A stretch of DNA of 64,000 nt from Kofleriaceae bacterium (GTDB lineage: Bacteria; Myxococcota_A; Polyangia; Haliangiales; Haliangiaceae). Under the pieces are notes generated by a model. That model was not told the DNA's origin, did not search any database, and worked only from the letters and a program-made list of their open reading frames with translations. The position numbers and the translations under genes are program-made. The stretch lies in contig JBKJLC010000237.1 of NCBI GenBank assembly GCA_046597055.1, positions 1 to 64,000 on the forward strand, written 5' to 3'. The first letter of the stretch is position 1, and each line of letters begins with the position of its first letter. This document shows, piece after piece, positions 52,093-64,000 of the stretch.

Positions 52093-54912
52093 GTGACCGC
52101 GCGCGCGCGTCTCGGGCCCGCCCTCGTCGACGACCTGCGCGCCGGCGCCCGCGCCTCGGCGGGCGGCGCGATCGCGCTGGGCGCGGTCGAGTACGCGGCC
52201 ACCGTCATCGGCCACACCGGCCCGGTCGCGCCCATGGTCGCCGCCCGCCTGCTGGTGCTCGACGCGGTCCTGGTCGCGCTGCTGTGGCTGGCGATCCTGC
52301 CGCTGTGCGCGGGCGCCGCGGTGCTGCCCCGCCTGATCCGCGCCGCGATCGCCGGACGCGCCGCGGCCGCGCGCGCGCCCCGCGCGCTGGACGCGCCCAG
52401 CCGCTGGCCCGCCCCGCTCGCGCCCGCGATCCTGGCCGGCGCGATCGCGCTGATCGGGTTCGCGGCCATCGTGACCACGGGCAGCGCCCGGCTCTTCATC
52501 TACTTCAACGAACCGGTGCTGGTCGGCGTGGTGATCTCGGTGCTGGCGGTGGTGGCCGGCGGGCTCGCGCTGGTCACCGGTCGGGTCCTCGCCGCCGTGC
52601 TGACCCGCGGCGCGCGGGCGGTGGACCGGCGCTGGCCGCGGCCGCTCGCGTGGTCGCCGCTCCGCTCGCCGTGGCTCGCGGTCCTGGTCGGCGTCGTGCT
52701 GATCGTGATCGCGCTCACGGTCACCGGCCGCGTCCACCCGCACCTGCGGGCGGTGTGGCCGTGGCGCCACCTGCTCGCGGTGCTGGCGTTCGTCGCCGGC
52801 GCCGGGCTCCAGCTCGAGCTGGCGGCGCGCTGGCCAGCGCGGCGCGGGCGCCGGCGCCGACGCACCGCCGCGATCCTGGCCGCGGCCGCGCTGGTGCTCG
52901 TCCCGCTGACGCTGGTGCATCCCGGCAGCGACGCGCGCGCCAAGTACGTCGCGGTCACCGCCTCGCCCATCCTCGCCCGCGGCATCGGCCTGGTCCGCAC
53001 CGCCAATGATCTCGATCGCGACGGGTTCGGCTCGCTGCTCGGCGAGAACGACTGCGCGCCGCGCAACCGCAAGATCCGCCCGGGCGTGCGCGACCTGCCC
53101 GACAACGACATCGACGAGAACTGCGACGGCCGCGACTTCTCGATGCGCGACCTCGCGCTGCCGACCGGCCCGACCCTGCCGGTGCCGGCCGCGTTCCAGA
53201 AGCCGTGGAACGTCCTGTTCATCACGATCGACACGGTCCGCTACGACTACACCAGCTTCGGTGGCCGCCTGACCGGCCCCCGCAAGCACGACACCACCCC
53301 GCGCATGGCCGAGCTGGTCGAGCGGGCGGCGTCGTTCAGCTTCGCCCAGGCGCCGTCGGCCGGCACCATGGCGTCGGTGCCGGCGATCCTGACCTCGAAG
53401 TTCTTCCACTCCGGGATCGGGCTCGACGAGAAGAACATCAAGCCCGGCATGCCGCCGCGGCTGAAGGCCGACAACACCACGCTCCCCGAGATCATGAAGC
53501 GCGGCGGCTACACCACCGGCGCGATCCTCACCCACGAGTACTTCAACGACTGGGGCCTGCAGCAGGGCTTCGACTGGTACGACAACGAGCTGGGCAAGAC
53601 CCACGACCCGCGCCGGGTGTCGGCCGATCGGGTCACCGACCGCGCGCTGGCGTGGATCTCGGCGCGCCCGACCCCCAAGTGGTTCCTGTGGCTCCACTAC
53701 CTCGACCCGCACGCCCACTACGTCGCGCACCCGGGCGAGCCGTCCTTCGGCGAGTCGCAGGAGGCGCTCTACGAGGGCGAGCTGCGCTGGACTGACAAGC
53801 AGATCGGGCGCCTGCTCGACGAGCTGGTCCGCCTGCCCGGCGGCGAGCGCACGATCGTCGTGATCACGAGCGACCACGGCGACGCCTTTGGCGAGCACGG
53901 CTTCGACGGCCACGCGATCGCGCTGACCCGCGAGATCCTCAACGTGCCGCTGATCTTCTACATCCCCGACAACCCGCCGCGCCAGCTCGGCGGCGCGGTG
54001 TCGAACCTCGACGCGCTGCCCACGGTGGCCCAGCTCTGCAACATCGACGTCGCCGGGCTCGCGTTCGAGGGCAAGAGCCTCGTGCCGCAGATCTTCTACG
54101 GCAAGGAGGAGCCCGACCGGGTCGTGTTCGCCGAGACCAACTATCCGAGCCCGCTCCGCGCGGCGATCTCGGCGCAGTGGAAGCTCGTCTACAACATGAA
54201 GGCGAACTTCCACGAGCTCTACGACCTGGTCGGCGACCCGTGGGAGAAGTCCAACGTCGCCCACAGCCGCAGCGACGGCATGAGCCTGATGAAGCCGATC
54301 CTCGATGGCTGGCTCGAGCGGGTGGTGTTCGCGCGCGACCCCGCGATGAGCCAGGCCGCGATGCGGATGGAGAAGGTCCTGCGCTCGGCGCCGCCGACGC
54401 CGCAGGTGCCGGTCACCGGCGTCAGCTTCGACGCCGGCGCGATCGAGGTCGTCGGCCTCGACGTGCCGACGCTGACGCCGGGCGCCAAGGTGACCCTCGC
54501 CGTGTACCTGAAGGTGGTGCGGCGACCGACCCGCGCGTTCAGCTTCGGCGCGGTCCTGTGGGGTGTGCCGGTCGGCGCACCGCCGACCACCCCGCTCGGC
54601 GCGATGTCGGCGCGCTCGCCGGTCCGGGTCACGCTCGACGGCCTGCTGCCGAGCGACCGCTGGCGCGCTGGCGAGTTCGTCCGCGAGGAGATGATCGTCA
54701 CCGTGCCGGCGTCGTGGTCATCGCCCGCCGCTGCGATCGGGCTCCTGGTCGCGCCGCCCGCCGAGGCCCGCTGGCAGGCGGCTCACCCCGAGAACGACCC
54801 GTCGCTCGGCGCGCTGACCGTGGTGCCGGTGGCCGGGGTGGCGGCGCCGCCGGTGGCGCCGCCCGGCCCCGCGCTGGTGCCAGCGCCGGCCCTGGTCCCG
54901 GCCACGAAGTAG
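52093..54912 (+). CDS. Membrane-anchored sulfatase-like hydrolase/transferase
   Basis: Multiple N-terminal TM helices, DxDGFG...DC...DENCDG metal-binding motif, FITIDT, HYLDPH, TSDHG; Thr where sulfatases have the FGly Cys. Confidence 0.85.
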   Translation: MTARARLGPALVDDLRAGARASAGGAIALGAVEYAATVIGHTGPVAPMVAARLLVLDAVLVALLWLAILPLCAGAAVLPRLIRAAIAGRAAAARAPRALDAPSRWPAPLAPAILAGAIALIGFAAIVTTGSARLFIYFNEPVLVGVVISVLAVVAGGLALVTGRVLAAVLTRGARAVDRRWPRPLAWSPLRSPWLAVLVGVVLIVIALTVTGRVHPHLRAVWPWRHLLAVLAFVAGAGLQLELAARWPARRGRRRRRTAAILAAAALVLVPLTLVHPGSDARAKYVAVTASPILARGIGLVRTANDLDRDGFGSLLGENDCAPRNRKIRPGVRDLPDNDIDENCDGRDFSMRDLALPTGPTLPVPAAFQKPWNVLFITIDTVRYDYTSFGGRLTGPRKHDTTPRMAELVERAASFSFAQAPSAGTMASVPAILTSKFFHSGIGLDEKNIKPGMPPRLKADNTTLPEIMKRGGYTTGAILTHEYFNDWGLQQGFDWYDNELGKTHDPRRVSADRVTDRALAWISARPTPKWFLWLHYLDPHAHYVAHPGEPSFGESQEALYEGELRWTDKQIGRLLDELVRLPGGERTIVVITSDHGDAFGEHGFDGHAIALTREILNVPLIFYIPDNPPRQLGGAVSNLDALPTVAQLCNIDVAGLAFEGKSLVPQIFYGKEEPDRVVFAETNYPSPLRAAISAQWKLVYNMKANFHELYDLVGDPWEKSNVAHSRSDGMSLMKPILDGWLERVVFARDPAMSQAAMRMEKVLRSAPPTPQVPVTGVSFDAGAIEVVGLDVPTLTPGAKVTLAVYLKVVRRPTRAFSFGAVLWGVPVGAPPTTPLGAMSARSPVRVTLDGLLPSDRWRAGEFVREEMIVTVPASWSSPAAAIGLLVAPPAEARWQAAHPENDPSLGALTVVPVAGVAAPPVAPPGPALVPAPALVPATK

Positions 54913-54987
54913 CCAGAACCCGAGCGAAACCACCGAGGTCCAGGCCGGGGGATGTCCTGGCCACCGGCCCCGTATTACGATTGCGCC

Positions 54988-55728
54988 ATGATCACCGACC
55001 TCGCCAGCTTCTTCTTCAGCCAGGCCCGCGTCGCCGAGGAGGAAGCCGGTCGGATGTACGACGCCGTGATCGGCATCGTCACCGACATCAAGGACGAGGC
55101 GAAGCTGTGCCGGGTGAAGGTCAAGATCCCGACCATGCCCGAGGGCAACGACAACACCTGGTGGTGCAACTGGGTGTCGGTCGGTGGTGGCAAGGACCGC
55201 GGCTGGTTCTCGGTGCCCGAGGTCGACGACGAGGTGCTCCTGATGTTCGAGCACGGCGACATCGGCCGGCCGCTCATCATCGGCGCGCTGTGGAACGGCA
55301 AGGACAAGCCGCCCGACAGCAACGGTGACGGCTCGAACAAGAAGCGCATGTTCAAGTCGAAGAGCGGCTCGACCGTGACCCTCGACGACGACAAGGGCAC
55401 GATCGAGATCAAGGACGGCGGCGGCAAGGGCATCGTCACGATCGCCAAGGACAACAAGATCAACATCGAGGCCAAGACCGGCGACGTGACCTTCTTCGGC
55501 AAGGACGAGGTGAACCTCCTCGCCGCCGAGATCACCATCAAGGCGACCGGTGAGTGCAAGTTCGCCGCGGGCTCGGGCGGCCTCAAGGCCTCGGGCGCGA
55601 CCGCCAAGGTCAACGCCGGCGCGGTCAAGATCATGGGCTCCACCGTCGACTTCAACCCCGGCGGTGTCGCCCAGGCCGACGCCGCCAGCGGCACCGTCTC
55701 CGACGTCCCCGATCCTGTCAAAGGCTGA
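54988..55728 (+). CDS. Phage baseplate V / Gp5-VgrG N-terminal OB-fold spike-like protein
   Basis: GIVTDIKD...CRVKVKIP...GWFSVPEVDDEVLLMFEHGDIGRPLIIGALWNG, KSKSG, beta-helix-like tail. Confidence 0.85.
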   Translation: MITDLASFFFSQARVAEEEAGRMYDAVIGIVTDIKDEAKLCRVKVKIPTMPEGNDNTWWCNWVSVGGGKDRGWFSVPEVDDEVLLMFEHGDIGRPLIIGALWNGKDKPPDSNGDGSNKKRMFKSKSGSTVTLDDDKGTIEIKDGGGKGIVTIAKDNKINIEAKTGDVTFFGKDEVNLLAAEITIKATGECKFAAGSGGLKASGATAKVNAGAVKIMGSTVDFNPGGVAQADAASGTVSDVPDPVKG

Positions 55729-55782
55729 CGACGGCGCGCCCCCCGGCGGGTGCGCACCAGACCGCCGGCTCGAGCGAGCCGG

Positions 55783-56007
55783 TCAGTCGTCGGCGGGGGC
55801 CTCGCCATCGGCGAGGCGGCGGTTGCGATCCGCGGCGAGCTCGTACTCCGTGCGGTACTTGCCGGGCTTCTCGCGCTCGGCGGCGCGGTCCCACTGGTGG
55901 GCGGCGTCGCGGTAAGCGCGCGTGCGGGTGCCGTCGTCGCCGGCCTCGGCCGCCTTTTGCTCGGAGGCGACCGCCTTGGCCACGTAGGGGTTCTTGCCGA
56001 AGCCCAT
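55783..56007 (-). CDS. Small hypothetical helical protein (74 aa)
   Basis: MGFGKNPYVAKA...; starts 2 nt after the VanW-like gene stop. Confidence 0.7.
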   Translation of the reverse strand: MGFGKNPYVAKAVASEQKAAEAGDDGTRTRAYRDAAHQWDRAAEREKPGKYRTEYELAADRNRRLADGEAPADD

Positions 56008-56009
56008 GA

Positions 56010-57410
<1,401 letters not shown>

Positions 57411-57609
57411 TCAGGTTGCCCTTATCACATTCTCCCGGACGGCCAGGGAAGGCAAGAATCAGCCGGATAGCGCATGGTTTTGCATCGCCCGCGCCAGTGC
57501 AAGTCCTTGCCGGACCAGGAGTCGTGTGGACGTGGACACGGCGCACGTGGGTGGGTGGACGCGGATCCGGGTTTGACAGCCCGCCCCCCATGCCGCAGAT
57601 TCCTTTCCG

Positions 57610-57801
57610 ATGGGCTCGCTCGTTCAACGCAACAAGTCGGTCGCCAAGCGCAAAGGTGCGATCGCCGCTGCCACCGGTGTGGGTGCAGGTGTCGCGTTGG
57701 TCGCGCTGAGTCCGGTGGTCGGGGTCCTGGGGCTCGCCGGCGCGGCGTACCTCGGCTACGACTGGCTCTCGTTCCGGATCAAGAACGGCCTGCGGTTCTG
57801 A
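57610..57801 (+). CDS. Small membrane protein (63 aa)
   Basis: Gly/Ala-rich hydrophobic hairpin; TTGACA upstream; directly precedes the kinase. Confidence 0.7.
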   Translation: MGSLVQRNKSVAKRKGAIAAATGVGAGVALVALSPVVGVLGLAGAAYLGYDWLSFRIKNGLRF

Positions 57802-57805
57802 CCGG

Positions 57806-59401
<1,596 letters not shown>

Positions 59402-59489
59402 CGTCTGGTCCGGAGCATCACTCGGAGGGTCGCGATTTGACCGTTGCGCGCGCAGACGCGTATTCTCGCTCGGAGATGGGAGACCGCCG

Positions 59490-61223
59490 ATGACGGAGCC
59501 GGCCACGGCTGCCCACGACCTGGCCGAGCCGACCCATCAGGCCATGGCCACCGGGCCGACCCTCGGCGGATGGACCGTCGGCGCCCGGGTCCGGGAGACG
59601 CTGATCGCCAGCGTGCACCAGTGCACCCGCGGTGAGGAGCACGGCACGATCCACCTGGTCCACCCGCAGCTGGCCAAGCTGCGCGAGGTGGTCGCCGCGC
59701 TGTCGGAGCGGGCGCCACGGACCTCGCACCTGACCGACCACCGCAACGTGCTGCACGTGCTCGGCGCCGGTCACGAGCAGGGCCACCTCTACGTGGTGAC
59801 GGAGGCCGAGGACGGCCCGATCCTGCGCGACGTCCTCGACCGTAAGCACGCCGGCACCGGCCTCGGCCTGCCCTCGCGCGGCGCCGGCAACGTGCTCGCG
59901 CTGGTCGCGCAGGGCCTGATCAGCGCCCACGATCCTGGCCAGGCCGGGCTCATCCACGGCGCGATCGGCGACGAGTCGGTCACGATCTCGCGCGGCGGGC
60001 GCATCGCGATCACCGATCTCGCGCTGGGCCCCGCGCTGTGCGCCGCGATCGCGCTCGGCGCGGTGAAGGCACCCGGCTGGATCGCGCCCGAGGTGCTGCG
60101 GGGCGAGCCGCCCACCGCGGTGTCCGACGTGTACGGCCTGGGCGCCCTGCTCTACGACGCGCTGGTCGGGCAGCCACTCACCCGCGGCGGGCCGCGTCCC
60201 AGCGAGGTCTGCCCCGGGCTGCCGCCCGAGGTCGACGAGATCATCGCGCGCGCCTGCGCCGAGAAGCCCGACCGCCGGTTCGGGTCGGTCGCCGCGCTGC
60301 GCGAGCTGGTGATGGACGTGCTCCTGCACGGCGCGGCCGACGAGGACGAGCCAGGCGCGGGTGACAGCCTGGCGTCGGCACCCCGGCCCGCGCTGGCGAT
60401 CCCGCCGGCGCTCGAGGCCGCGATGGAGGACCCACACGAGCGCTGGCTGGTAACCAAGGGGCGCTTCGACTTCGGGCCGTTCTCGATGAAGAGCGTCGTC
60501 GATCAGATCGTGAACGGCCACATCCATCACGGCGCGGTCCTGTTCGACAAGGACGACGGCGGGCGGGTGAAGGTCGAGGAGCACCCGCTGCTCGGGCCCT
60601 TGATCGACGCCGCCAAGCAAGCCCACGACGACGCCCGCCGGGCCCACGCCGAGGTCAAGCACCAGTCGCGCGAACGCAACCGCGGCGTCACGCTGTACGC
60701 CGGCATCGCGCTCGGCCTGGCCGCCGCGGTGGTCGGCGTCTACCTCCTGATCCAGGCGGTGTCGTCGGCCGGCAAGGGCAAGCAGGTCGCGGGTGCGTCG
60801 GTCACCGAGGCCACGCTCAAGGTCACCGTGTCGGCGCCCAAGGCGCCCGAGCGCAAGAAGGCGGTCGGCGGCGGCGGCGGCCGACGCACCAGCGGCGGCG
60901 GCGGCGGTGGTGGTGGCAACGACGTGCTCGCGTTCGACATGTCCGACGAGAACGACGCCACCGAGACGCTCGACATGGGCACGGTCTACAACGTGTACTC
61001 GCGCTTCGGCGGCCAGCTCGGCGGCTGCCTGCAGCGGACCGGCGGCTCGTCGGTGAACATCAGCATCATCATCGACGGCCCCACCGGCCGGGTGACCTGG
61101 CTGCGCACCAACGGCGAGTCGTCGGGCGCGCTGTTCAGCTGCATCAACGGCGTCATGCGCAGCATGAAGTTCCCGACCATCAACGGACCGCGCACCCGCG
61201 CCGAGTTCGACATCTCGATGTGA
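59490..61223 (+). CDS. Pseudokinase with GYF_2-like domain, TM helix and AgmX/TonB-C-like C-terminus
   Basis: Kinase C-lobe retained (WIAPE, DVYGLG), but HRD is HGA and DFG is DLA; W-x7-FGPF motif; C-terminal C...C...MKFP. Confidence 0.75.
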   Translation: MTEPATAAHDLAEPTHQAMATGPTLGGWTVGARVRETLIASVHQCTRGEEHGTIHLVHPQLAKLREVVAALSERAPRTSHLTDHRNVLHVLGAGHEQGHLYVVTEAEDGPILRDVLDRKHAGTGLGLPSRGAGNVLALVAQGLISAHDPGQAGLIHGAIGDESVTISRGGRIAITDLALGPALCAAIALGAVKAPGWIAPEVLRGEPPTAVSDVYGLGALLYDALVGQPLTRGGPRPSEVCPGLPPEVDEIIARACAEKPDRRFGSVAALRELVMDVLLHGAADEDEPGAGDSLASAPRPALAIPPALEAAMEDPHERWLVTKGRFDFGPFSMKSVVDQIVNGHIHHGAVLFDKDDGGRVKVEEHPLLGPLIDAAKQAHDDARRAHAEVKHQSRERNRGVTLYAGIALGLAAAVVGVYLLIQAVSSAGKGKQVAGASVTEATLKVTVSAPKAPERKKAVGGGGGRRTSGGGGGGGGNDVLAFDMSDENDATETLDMGTVYNVYSRFGGQLGGCLQRTGGSSVNISIIIDGPTGRVTWLRTNGESSGALFSCINGVMRSMKFPTINGPRTRAEFDISM

Positions 61224-61263
61224 GCGTGGTGGACGCCCTGCCCCACGACCCGCCCCCCCTCCG

Positions 61264-64000
<2,737 letters not shown>

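Overview
High-GC chromosomal window that looks myxobacterial (Myxococcota). This is inferred from the Ser/Thr kinases, FHA/sigma54 activator, MYXO-CTERM-like tail, GYF pseudokinase and extended IF3. It starts at the end of an integrative element (tyrosine integrase abutting tRNA-Arg). It then carries the tRNA-Val/infC-rpmI-rplT-pheS-pheT-ihfA/tRNA-Pro/surE block, a kinase-TPR-FHA/GAF/sigma54 operon, a DEAD-box helicase with a ~500-aa (R-D/E-D-R-P-A)n insert, uvrA with a LexA-like box, efp/epmA, a sulfur-relay operon (Cys-repeat protein, complementary split ThiF/MoeB pair, JAB, DsrE-like, TusA, LarE; no ubiquitin-like carrier), glgC/glgA, envelope-modification genes, an orphan Gp5/VgrG-like spike, kinases and a membrane HD protein. 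The strongest unexplained non-coding signals are: (i) clusters of a fixed-spacer palindrome GTCCG-N5-CGGAC (six perfect copies at 44912-45100, two more at 29558-29592), mostly spaced ~20-22 bp, next to a symmetric DnaA-box-like inverted repeat; and (ii) a -10-like hexamer 5-9 nt before the start codon of more than 15 genes, suggesting widespread leaderless mRNAs. All calls are by eye from motifs; no searches were run.
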